The translations under genes and the position numbers were made by a program. Shown piece after piece: positions 42,707 to 51,033 of a stretch of 64,000 nt of DNA. Within the stretch, counting starts at the first letter, position 1. Each line of letters opens with the position of its first letter. The stretch lies in assembly GCA_902779915.1 (NCBI GenBank), contig CACZDM010000006.1:66-64065 (forward strand). The letters are read 5' to 3'. The notes beneath the pieces were generated by a model that saw nothing but the letters and a program-made list of their open reading frames with translations, ran no database searches and was not told where the DNA came from. Origin of the DNA: Oscillospiraceae bacterium (GTDB lineage Bacteria > Bacillota > Clostridia > Oscillospirales > Ruminococcaceae).

Positions 42707-42726
42707 CTTTCCAGCGGTTTGGAAAG
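42707..42726 (+). promoter_or_regulatory. Conserved 5'-leader hairpin / inverted repeat upstream of P2
   Basis: CTTTCCA-GCGGTT-TGGAAAG, 47 nt before the ATG. A counterpart lies upstream of P3 at the same distance. Confidence 0.5.
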
Positions 42727-42773
42727 CGAATTTTCAAAACATATTTTAAATTATTTTGTTAGGAGGATTTGTT

Positions 42774-45700
42774 ATGTCACATTCATTAAAAATTATTTTA
42801 AATGGCGGATTAAAAAGGCTAATTTCAAGTTTAATTTGTTTGTCCATGGTTTTATCGACTTTTCCATTATTGTTGCTTAAAAGCATGGTTTGCGCAGGCG
42901 GTGATGATACTGCAACTATTACACTGAGTAATTTAAATGACTGTAATAATTTAAATAGCAATTTGTCAACTGCCAACCTGAACGGTAAAACAACTATAAA
43001 TATTGTTATAGGCACAAATTTTACTATTGACAACACATCGACTCCAACAATGACTACTGGTTCTGGGAATAAATACCTTTTCGATTTCACCGACAATAGA
43101 TTTAAGGACAAAACTATAAATATATCGGGAAATTCAACTCCGAGATCAATAAGTATATCAGATCCGAATTTGTTTTTCCTGTGTATGAAGTATGCAACAG
43201 TAAATTTACAAGACATAATAATTAACGGACAAGGTCAAAACAGGCCGGGAGCTTTTATTAATTTGCAAAAAAGCGGAAACTCAATTCCAATATTAAACGT
43301 GGGCAAAGGTGTAAAAATTCAAAATTGCATCAATAAAGGAAACGATGGAACCTCTGGACAAGACGGGGAGGATGCTTTGGGAGGCGCAATATATTGCAAA
43401 GGCGGTCAAGTGACAATTGGCGTTGGCAGTGGCGTCAATCTTGCCAGCAACGCGCAAATTACTTCATGTCAAGCTATTGGAGGAAATGGCGGAAAAGGAG
43501 CAGATGGAGTGTGGGGATGCGATGGCCAAGACGGCGGCAATGGCGGCAGAGGCAAAGGCGGAGCGATTTATTGCTGTGGCGGCGGAAAAATTGTCCTCAA
43601 TAACGGAACAATTAGCAATTGTTTAAGCGTGTATGGAGATGGAGGAGATGGAGGAGATGGAGGAGATGGAGGAGATGCACTTCCAACCACAAGCGTTAAA
43701 AAACTAACGTATAGTATATACTATGTATATTATGAAAATACTACGGAAACGAAAAAAGAAAGATTAAATATCACCCAACTGGAAAACGGCGGCAATGGGG
43801 GACGTGGCGGCAATGGGGGACGTGGCGGCAATGGGGGACGCGGCAGCAATGGCAAAAGCGCAAAAAACTCTGATCCCAATTGGAATACCAAAAGCAAGTT
43901 AATAGAACTAGATTCAGGTATTAAGCACCGTGACCAATGTGATGGATTTAGTGGCGGAAACGGAGGAAACGGTGGCGACGGTGGCATGGGAACAGAAACT
44001 AAAGGCGGAGACGGCGGAGACGGCGGAAAAGGTGGAATGGGAAACTTATTAGGATGTGGAGGTAACGGAGGTAATGGTGGTAATGGTGGTAATGGTGGTA
44101 ATGGTGGTAATGGTAATTATAATTATCTTGATAAAACCATTTACGATGACCTAAATACTAAATCGATAAACTCATTTTTTCTCAACTTTTCACTTCCTGA
44201 ATACAAATCTATTAACCATGGTGGCAATGGTGGCAATGGTGGCAATGGTCACAATGGCGGCAATGGCGGCAATGGTGGTATTGGAGCACAGAAAATAATT
44301 ATAAACTCTATGATTATGCCTGATAATCAACTCATATTTTACGCTTCTAGCGGAAACGGCGGAAGCGGCGGCATGGGAATCAACGCAGGAAACGGCGGCA
44401 AGGCCGGAATGTTGATCGTGTCAAGGTGGACAAAAAACAAACACGAAATTATAAAGGTAAAGGATGATAACAGTATGGTTGGCAAAGCCGGCCAAGAAGG
44501 ACACGTGATTGAAAAAGAAACAGTGCCAATTATCGGATTTTATGAAGAAGGCGGCGGCGGTGGAGGCGCGATATGCATTGAAGATGGAGAATTAAGACTA
44601 ATGGACGGCAAAATTGAAAACTGTTCATCTAATGAGAGAGGAAGCAATATCTTTATTGGACCCTATGTTAAGTGTAGTTTTAGCACAGATTTAGTAATTT
44701 CTAAACCGTCCCAATTTAAAAATCCTAATGACCAAAACAGAACATTGTCAGTTAGTGATTTACAAAAATACTATAATTCTCCCCAAGATAAAACGATTGG
44801 ATATCCCGGAGTTTATTGCAGCAGTCATTTTAGACAAGCATATTATAAACTGGTTTTTGTTAATGCTGACGATCCTTCAGAAAAATTATATGTTCAAGAT
44901 TTTGCAACCGAGAGAAACGGCTATATTGTTCCCAGCAGACCCGGATATAAATTCAATAAACTGACATATGGCGATGACAATAAAGATATTGAAACAAAAC
45001 AAACAGGTGATACGTATACGTTCGATTTAAACGACAATATTATTAATACTGAAAAAAATTGGGTTATAACTCTTAAAGCTAAATACGATAAACTATACAC
45101 AATAAATTATATTTGTAAAAATAAGCGTATCAGATCAGCAAAAGATCAAACAATTGGTCTTTCCTTTGATCTTGCGAATCCTGTTCCAAAGGATGATGCA
45201 TTTGAGAAAGCAATCGAGCCAGACCAGGGTTATAAATTTTCTAAAATCACCTATGGCCGTGATAATGTTCCAATTCCCAAAGAAGGCCTAACCCGTGATG
45301 GGTTGATAAATCAAGCTGATGGCGATGTGATAACGTTCATGATAAATCATGAGCCAAAACAATACAGTTTGGAATATGTTGATGAAAATAAAGACCCCAT
45401 GACCGTTAAAGACTTGGATGGCAATCAAGCCGATTCGCAACAAGTCAAATTCGGCGATGATATTAAAACAATGACGCCTAAGGATGAAAAACTGGGATAT
45501 GATTTTAAATGCTGGCATGTTTTGGATAAAAATGGAAATGAATTGAAGGAGAAGGGCCAACCGATTGACTTCGAAACAGCAAAAGCTTCTTGGAAAACTT
45601 TATCAAATGCTGCTGATGATGATAATAAAATAAAATTAAAAGCGGTCTACACGCCAAAAAAATATATTATAAAATATAACACAAGGAGTGACAAGACTAT

Positions 45701-45950
45701 TTATGATAAGGAATTTTATATTGGCAAGGATAAAGACTCACAATTAGACCAAAAAATTGCGAATAGCTACATCTCAAAGGCATATTCAAACGGCAGAACT
45801 AAAAATACTATTAGTAATAAATATTGGAAATATGGCGTAAATGGTTCATTTGATGCAAACAATAAACCAACTTGGAGAGAATTGATAAAAAGCGCGATTG
45901 TTGACGAATACGGCAACAACCTGATCATTTTGGAAGCTGTATATCAATAA
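42774..45950 (+). CDS. Large secreted protein (paralog P2): shared N-domain, GGAIY beta-helix coils interrupted by GGN/GGD glycine-rich blocks, C-terminal Listeria/Bacteroides-type (Flg_new-like) repeats
   Basis: ATG 7 nt after AGGAGG, signal peptide LKRLISSLICLSMV, KYLFDFTDNRFKDKTINI, GGAIYC motifs, G-rich blocks, GY.F..(W/L) repeat modules. Confidence 0.75.
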   Translation: MSHSLKIILNGGLKRLISSLICLSMVLSTFPLLLLKSMVCAGGDDTATITLSNLNDCNNLNSNLSTANLNGKTTINIVIGTNFTIDNTSTPTMTTGSGNKYLFDFTDNRFKDKTINISGNSTPRSISISDPNLFFLCMKYATVNLQDIIINGQGQNRPGAFINLQKSGNSIPILNVGKGVKIQNCINKGNDGTSGQDGEDALGGAIYCKGGQVTIGVGSGVNLASNAQITSCQAIGGNGGKGADGVWGCDGQDGGNGGRGKGGAIYCCGGGKIVLNNGTISNCLSVYGDGGDGGDGGDGGDALPTTSVKKLTYSIYYVYYENTTETKKERLNITQLENGGNGGRGGNGGRGGNGGRGSNGKSAKNSDPNWNTKSKLIELDSGIKHRDQCDGFSGGNGGNGGDGGMGTETKGGDGGDGGKGGMGNLLGCGGNGGNGGNGGNGGNGGNGNYNYLDKTIYDDLNTKSINSFFLNFSLPEYKSINHGGNGGNGGNGHNGGNGGNGGIGAQKIIINSMIMPDNQLIFYASSGNGGSGGMGINAGNGGKAGMLIVSRWTKNKHEIIKVKDDNSMVGKAGQEGHVIEKETVPIIGFYEEGGGGGGAICIEDGELRLMDGKIENCSSNERGSNIFIGPYVKCSFSTDLVISKPSQFKNPNDQNRTLSVSDLQKYYNSPQDKTIGYPGVYCSSHFRQAYYKLVFVNADDPSEKLYVQDFATERNGYIVPSRPGYKFNKLTYGDDNKDIETKQTGDTYTFDLNDNIINTEKNWVITLKAKYDKLYTINYICKNKRIRSAKDQTIGLSFDLANPVPKDDAFEKAIEPDQGYKFSKITYGRDNVPIPKEGLTRDGLINQADGDVITFMINHEPKQYSLEYVDENKDPMTVKDLDGNQADSQQVKFGDDIKTMTPKDEKLGYDFKCWHVLDKNGNELKEKGQPIDFETAKASWKTLSNAADDDNKIKLKAVYTPKKYIIKYNTRSDKTIYDKEFYIGKDKDSQLDQKIANSYISKAYSNGRTKNTISNKYWKYGVNGSFDANNKPTWRELIKSAIVDEYGNNLIILEAVYQ
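43635..43676 (+). repeat. 9-bp in-frame microsatellite (GGAGATGGA x about 4.7) encoding (GDG)n
   Basis: Read directly from the sequence. Confidence 0.9.
43788..43841 (+). repeat. 18-bp in-frame tandem repeat x3 (GGCGGCAATGGGGGACGT) encoding GGNGGR x3
   Basis: Read directly from the sequence. Confidence 0.9.
44058..44117 (+). repeat. 9-bp in-frame microsatellite (GGTAATGGT, 5 perfect units plus degenerate flanks) encoding (GNG)n
   Basis: Read directly; the perfect units span 44070-44114. Confidence 0.9.
44220..44279 (+). repeat. 9-bp in-frame repeat (GGTGGCAAT / GGCGGCAAT, about 6.5 units) encoding (GGN)n
   Basis: Read directly from the sequence. Confidence 0.9.
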
Positions 45951-45979
45951 GCTCAAAAACACAAAATATCACAAAAACA

Positions 45980-46017
45980 AACCAACCGTCAGCCCGACAA
46001 AGAGCTGGTGGTTGGTT
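45980..46017. terminator. Bidirectional hairpin between convergent P2 and P3
   Basis: AACCAACCGTCAGC, 10-nt loop, GCTGGTGGTTGGTT; T-run after it on the plus strand and A-run before it. Confidence 0.6.
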
Positions 46018-46052
46018 TTGAAATGAAATTCTTGCTCTGTAAATTTAAAATC

Positions 46053-48497
46053 TTAAGCGTTTCCAAAAAAACTCTGATTTGTAATAACGGAGCCGCTTTC
46101 GTATGCTATGCCATTGACATAGGAAGGATTTTTTGGAGAAGACTTTTTCGCTTCTTGAGGCTCGATCTTTTCGTATGTGGCTCTGAGAACGATCACATTA
46201 TTGCCTGCCGAATCAACCATTGCGCTTTTTATTAATGTGTCCCATGTGACTCCATTAACATCCGCATCACTTCCGTCAGGTTGGGTATATACCCACTTTT
46301 TAAATTCATAACCTAATTTACTTGGTTTTGTAGAAGATACTTCAACATAAGAGTTAAGATTTTTATCTTGACTAATTGTGTAAGTTGTGGGATCAACCAC
46401 ATCTGTGCTATATGGATTATATTTTATAGTATATGTTTTTGGCGCGTAGACCGCTTTTAATTTTATGGTGTTATTATCATCAGCAGCATTTGCTAAAGTT
46501 TCCCAAGAAGCTTTTGCCGTTTCAAAGTCAATAGGATCGCCATTATCCTTCAATTCATTTCCATCACTGCCCAAAACATGCCAGCATTTAAAATCATATC
46601 CCAGTTTTTTAAATGGGGTGACTGCTTTAATGTCTTCGCCGAACTTGACTTCTTGAGTTTGAATTTGAGAACCGCCGGCATCAGTAACATTTATAGATGT
46701 GGTACCGTCCTCATCCATATACATTATGTTATATGTTCTTGGCTCATGATTTAAAAAAATAGATATCACATCACCAACTGCAGCTTGACTCAAGCTGTCC
46801 CAAATTGTCGCAGTGTCTCCCGAAGCAACATACTTCAAAGCGTCGCCATAAGTAATTTCCGAAAATGTATAACCAAGCTTTGGCGTTGCTATTTCATTAA
46901 GTTTTTTATTGTCATCCACAGCGATATTATTCCAATTAGCATCCATAATCGCGCTAATGAGCGTTTGATCGCGTATACAGTCTTTCTTTGTTGCAACAAC
47001 TTTATTGTCATAAATATATTGGATTGTATATATTTTTTTATACGTGGCGGTTAAAGTTATCACGCCATCCTGCTTTGCGTTTTGTATAATATCACCGTCT
47101 AATTTAAATTTATTATCCGCCACATCTATTGAGTTTTCTCCTTCATCATTTAAGCTAATAAGTCTATATCCTGCTCTCTCAGGAACACACACATCAGAAT
47201 ACTTGGTGAACATTCCTTGCCCTAATTTTTCACTCGTACCAGCCTCAACAAACTGAATGTTATAATTTGGATTTGCTCGAACAATTCCATCATCATTATA
47301 AATTCCTTTATATCCATAAACTTCATTAGCCGTGCTATTGTGGTCGCAGGAAGCGTGCTCCTCAGGCAATACAATAGTTAACAGTTCTAATTGTGTATAC
47401 GGAAGCATCAAAACGCCTTTATTATATATAGCATCTGCGCGTTCAGTTTCCTCTTCAGAAAAAGTGACATGACAACCAGTAATATAGCATTTGTTAATAG
47501 TTAATGCTCCAGTACTGTTGTTATATATAGCGCCTCCAAAATCATTGGCAAAACAGTTCTCAATTTTGCCACTGTCAATAGTCACCACTCCAACACTGTC
47601 GTTATATATTGCTCCACCAACACTCGCATTTTGACCTTCTGATATGTTAATGTGACCATTAATCGAGCTTTCTCCCGCAATTATCAGCTGATTAAGGTTA
47701 TATATAGCACCTCCACTTTTCACGCAAGCACAATCGTTAATCTCGCATTTTTCATCCATTATCAATATTCCAGTGTTATATACCGCGCCTCCGCACCCGT
47801 TTTCGCCCTCACAAGTGCAATTACTAATTTTACTGTTTTGTAAAAACTTCAAATTTCCAGCATTGTTTATCGCGCCTCCATAGCCACTTTGCTCAGAATT
47901 ACAACAATCTTGAATGGTTGATGAACGTGTTTCTAGTTCCGACGCCAGCCCAACATTAATGAAAGCGCCTGCTCTTTCTATTGCACTATCACTTCGGCCA
48001 TCAATCACAATATTTTTCAAAATAACTTTGCAATTTTGCATATTCAAGAAAAATAAAGCAGCATTATCTATGGTTATTGTGCTGCGTCCTCCACTTTTTG
48101 TCCCATCTATAGTTATCGTTTTATCTTTAAATCGCTTATCAGTGAAATCAAAAAGATATTTATTTCCATCACTCCCGGTCGTCATTGTTGGAACATTATC
48201 CACTGTATAGGAGGAATTGACGTTAATATCTTCGGTTACATTAATAACTATTTCATCTGGCGCATCATCCGCAACCAAGGCAGTCTTGCTCAAAGGGCCC
48301 TCTGTTTCACTCATCCAAGTGGCCACACTACCGATCTTGTCTGATTTCAGTTCAATAGTTATGTCAGAATCCGTTGCCCAAACCGATCCTTGAAACATAT
48401 GCATTGGAAAAGTTGCCGAAACCATCATCAAATAAATTAAAGTTGAAATTAATCTTTTTAAGCCGCCCTTTAAATTAATTTTTAATAAACCTTGCAT
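46053..48497 (-). CDS. Large secreted PMP-like beta-helix protein (paralog P3) with C-terminal Listeria/Bacteroides-type repeats
   Basis: ATG after GGAGAGG, signal peptide LKRLISTLIYLMMV, KYLFDFTDKRFKDKTITI, six or more GGAIYN/GGAINN coils. The C-terminal half is collinear with P2. Confidence 0.75.
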   Translation of the reverse strand: MQGLLKINLKGGLKRLISTLIYLMMVSATFPMHMFQGSVWATDSDITIELKSDKIGSVATWMSETEGPLSKTALVADDAPDEIVINVTEDINVNSSYTVDNVPTMTTGSDGNKYLFDFTDKRFKDKTITIDGTKSGGRSTITIDNAALFFLNMQNCKVILKNIVIDGRSDSAIERAGAFINVGLASELETRSSTIQDCCNSEQSGYGGAINNAGNLKFLQNSKISNCTCEGENGCGGAVYNTGILIMDEKCEINDCACVKSGGAIYNLNQLIIAGESSINGHINISEGQNASVGGAIYNDSVGVVTIDSGKIENCFANDFGGAIYNNSTGALTINKCYITGCHVTFSEEETERADAIYNKGVLMLPYTQLELLTIVLPEEHASCDHNSTANEVYGYKGIYNDDGIVRANPNYNIQFVEAGTSEKLGQGMFTKYSDVCVPERAGYRLISLNDEGENSIDVADNKFKLDGDIIQNAKQDGVITLTATYKKIYTIQYIYDNKVVATKKDCIRDQTLISAIMDANWNNIAVDDNKKLNEIATPKLGYTFSEITYGDALKYVASGDTATIWDSLSQAAVGDVISIFLNHEPRTYNIMYMDEDGTTSINVTDAGGSQIQTQEVKFGEDIKAVTPFKKLGYDFKCWHVLGSDGNELKDNGDPIDFETAKASWETLANAADDNNTIKLKAVYAPKTYTIKYNPYSTDVVDPTTYTISQDKNLNSYVEVSSTKPSKLGYEFKKWVYTQPDGSDADVNGVTWDTLIKSAMVDSAGNNVIVLRATYEKIEPQEAKKSSPKNPSYVNGIAYESGSVITNQSFFGNA

Positions 48498-48544
48498 AAA
48501 AACCTCTCCTTCTTTGAACATTTAAAATATGTTTTTAATATTTA

Positions 48545-48561
48545 TTCCCAAACCATGGGAA
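48545..48561 (-). promoter_or_regulatory. Conserved 5'-leader hairpin upstream of P3 (counterpart of 42707-42726)
   Basis: Minus strand TTCCCA-TGGTT-TGGGAA, 47 nt before the ATG, followed by AAAACATATTTTAAAT as in P2. Confidence 0.5.
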
Positions 48562-48612
48562 AGGAAGCAAAGATAAAAAATTAAATCAACATTTACATTC
48601 ATTTACGCTTCA

Positions 48613-48642
48613 ATTATATCATTTTACGTCATAATATGTCAA
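48613..48642 (-). promoter_or_regulatory. Promoter of P3
   Basis: Minus strand: TTGACA, 18 nt, TGaTATAAT. Confidence 0.55.
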
Positions 48643-48852
48643 GCGACATCTAAAAAAAACACAATTTGTAGCTTTGATTAGAGCTGTGTTGCGCCAATAA
48701 AGCCCTGAAATTTTCCATTTATTCAAGCAAGTTCACAATTATTAACAAATATTTAATAAAATTTTAACACATTTTCGCAAAATATGTGATATAATTAAAA
48801 AAGCGAATCAGGATTAAAATATTAATTGATACATAGAAGGAGAAATGTTAAA

Positions 48853-50268
48853 ATGAAAATTAAATTTTTTAAAAGGATTATGGCTGTTTTTTGCGCAACA
48901 GCTGTTTTGGCAACTTTTGAAACCTCGATTGGAGCAATAAAAGCCAACACTAAAAATGTCGCCCTTTTCAACAAAGTTAAAGAGGTTAATGAAACCATAA
49001 ATTCGCTCAAAAACGCTTTAGAGGCTTATGGTGTGGAAGAGACGTTAAAAGTCTGCAAATTATTGGAAGAAATAGACACTTTAGATATTGGTGATTATAA
49101 CAAACTATTTCTTTTTGAACTTGAAAAATCAATCAAATCATTAACTCAGCTAATGGGTTGTCTTTTGGATGAACAGGACGAAGATATTGAAAAAATAGTT
49201 AAACTGGAATCTAAAATATGCTATCAAAATTTAAAAAAGCTCAAAGAAAACCCAAATGATTTTGAAATCGCGGTCAGGATTGGATTTGAAGACGCAATTA
49301 GGCTCAAACCCAGGCAAAATTTTAATGATGATATTTTAAAAGAATATCAAAACTATTATGATGCGGGATATGAAAATGGCTCTGGTGATATATATAAAGA
49401 AAAGCTCAAATCACTCATCACAAAAATTTACTATTCAAACGACCCAATAGAGGAAAAAATGGAAGTAATTTCCAAAATTTTAAAATTGAGGAAAAACGAA
49501 AACTATATAGACCGAGCTAAAGTTATTATTGACGTTTTAAATCCGCTCTATCTCCCAGAAGATCGCCATCAGCGCGCAAAGCTCAAAGACGCTCTCGTCG
49601 AGTGCATAAAAACATATATAGACGAAGATATGAAAATGTATGAAAACTTTGAGCCAGCCACAAGCTTGGTGGAATATATTCAAACAGAAAAGAAACATGA
49701 GATTGCAAATCGAGTCGCTGGAGCTGTTATTAGCTCAACTTTTAAAAACAAATTCGACTCAATCGGAAAGCTAGAATTGCTTATATATGAACAATTATTT
49801 GATGAAAAAGAAAATTTTAAAGTTCGCCTTAACAAAATTGAATCATCGAAAATATATAAACACGAACTGAATTACATCACGCGCACAATAAAAACCACGC
49901 TGGAACAGCATAATGAAGCCGACGCCCAAAAAATTTTAATTGATCTAATATCTTCAACAAACCAGAAATTTACTCAAATATTTAGAAGATTTGCTAATGT
50001 GACAACCGGCGAAAACACCAACATCGAAAGCACTTTGAGAAACGTTGACCTTGCTCTCCAAAACATCGAAATGGACGAGATAGACCACTTAAATGATGTC
50101 CTCAAAAACCATCCCCAGCTTGAAAAAATTAGAGACTCATTTTGCAAAATAGTTGACGAAATTTCTGGGATTGACGTTGACCAAAGCAAATCCTTTAATG
50201 AAAGAATTTTGGCGGCGGTTGATGAATTTCAAAGCAATATAAATTTATATGTCAACTCTATAAAATAA
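48853..50268 (+). CDS. Secreted, predominantly helical protein of unknown function
   Basis: ATG after GAAGGAG, signal peptide ending ..SIGAIKA, Lys/Glu/Leu-rich sequence, no motif I recognise. TGaTATAAT at 48787-48795 upstream. Confidence 0.6.
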   Translation: MKIKFFKRIMAVFCATAVLATFETSIGAIKANTKNVALFNKVKEVNETINSLKNALEAYGVEETLKVCKLLEEIDTLDIGDYNKLFLFELEKSIKSLTQLMGCLLDEQDEDIEKIVKLESKICYQNLKKLKENPNDFEIAVRIGFEDAIRLKPRQNFNDDILKEYQNYYDAGYENGSGDIYKEKLKSLITKIYYSNDPIEEKMEVISKILKLRKNENYIDRAKVIIDVLNPLYLPEDRHQRAKLKDALVECIKTYIDEDMKMYENFEPATSLVEYIQTEKKHEIANRVAGAVISSTFKNKFDSIGKLELLIYEQLFDEKENFKVRLNKIESSKIYKHELNYITRTIKTTLEQHNEADAQKILIDLISSTNQKFTQIFRRFANVTTGENTNIESTLRNVDLALQNIEMDEIDHLNDVLKNHPQLEKIRDSFCKIVDEISGIDVDQSKSFNERILAAVDEFQSNINLYVNSIK

Positions 50269-50284
50269 TCAACATTTAAATAAA

Positions 50285-50330
50285 AACCTTTTGAGTTTAA
50301 ACTTTTTGACTCGTAAGGTTTTTGTTTTTT
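50285..50330 (+). terminator. Rho-independent terminator after the 48853 gene
   Basis: AACCTTTTGAGT, 12-nt loop, ACTCGTAAGGTT, then TTTGTTTTTT. Confidence 0.65.
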
Positions 50331-50352
50331 GGCATATTAAGATTTTTTCGAA

Positions 50353-50721
50353 CTAAAATAATTTATTAAAATGTTCTCTCAATTTTTCAAATGTCTCCTC
50401 GCTCATAACGTGTTCTATTTTGCATGCATCTTCTTGGGCATTTTTCTCAGAAACGCCTAAAAATTTAAAGCATTTTATTAAAAAACAATGTCTTTCATAT
50501 ATTTTTTCAGCAATTTTTCTGCCATCGGAAGTTAAAAAGATCATTCCCTCGTCATCAATCAAGATATATCCCAATCTTTTCAGAATCGAAACCGCTCTTG
50601 AAACGCTGGGCTTGGAAAAAGACAATTTTTTAGCTATATCAACAGATCGAATATATCCCTTTTCCTGGCTCAAAACCAACATAACCTCAAGATAATTTTC
50701 ACCAGACTCGCGAATCTTCAA
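50353..50721 (-). CDS. mntR: DtxR/MntR-family metal-dependent transcriptional repressor
   Basis: ENYLE..L.L......R..DIA..L..S.PSVS.A...L winged-helix N-domain plus dimerisation domain. TTG start 7 nt after AAGGAGG. Confidence 0.8.
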   Translation of the reverse strand: MKIRESGENYLEVMLVLSQEKGYIRSVDIAKKLSFSKPSVSRAVSILKRLGYILIDDEGMIFLTSDGRKIAEKIYERHCFLIKCFKFLGVSEKNAQEDACKIEHVMSEETFEKLREHFNKLF

Positions 50722-50773
50722 TTCTTCCCCTCCTTTGCTCTTCAAAAGATTATTCTAGCATTTTATTTTTAAA

Positions 50774-50839
50774 TTTTCAAGCAAAGAGTTTGGATTTTTT
50801 AAAAGTTCAAAGAGGGTTTTATTGGAATAAATATAGCCC
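50774..50839 (-). repeat. Truncated foldback-family fragment (terminus plus about 50 nt) in the mntR leader region
   Basis: Minus strand GGGCTATATTTATTCCAATAAAACCCTCTTTGAACTTTTAAAAAATCCAAACTCTTTGCTTGAAAA, collinear with the first about 65 nt of the 30507 copy. Confidence 0.55.
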
Positions 50840-50960
50840 AATTAAATCATATAAATTAGTGGATTTTTTTTACAGGCCCCTTTGTTTTTTACATACTAAC
50901 TATATATCACGCCATTGTCAAGCCGACGAAAATTTTTTCTTTCTCACTTTGCGAATTGTC

Positions 50961-50989
50961 TTGCAATTTTTGAGTTGATGATGTATAAT
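50961..50989 (+). promoter_or_regulatory. Promoter of the ttcA-like gene
   Basis: TTGCAA, 17 nt, TATAAT. Confidence 0.55.
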
Positions 50990-51033
50990 GACCCTAACGC
51001 AATGTGCTTCTGAATTTATGGGAGGTTTGATTT

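Noticed and set aside
43730-43987. Proline-rich antisense ORF (PPLPPRPPLPP) opposite the glycine-rich part of P2
   Set aside because: It is the reverse-complement artefact of GGN/GGR codon repeats, sits inside a well-supported long CDS, and has no translation signals.
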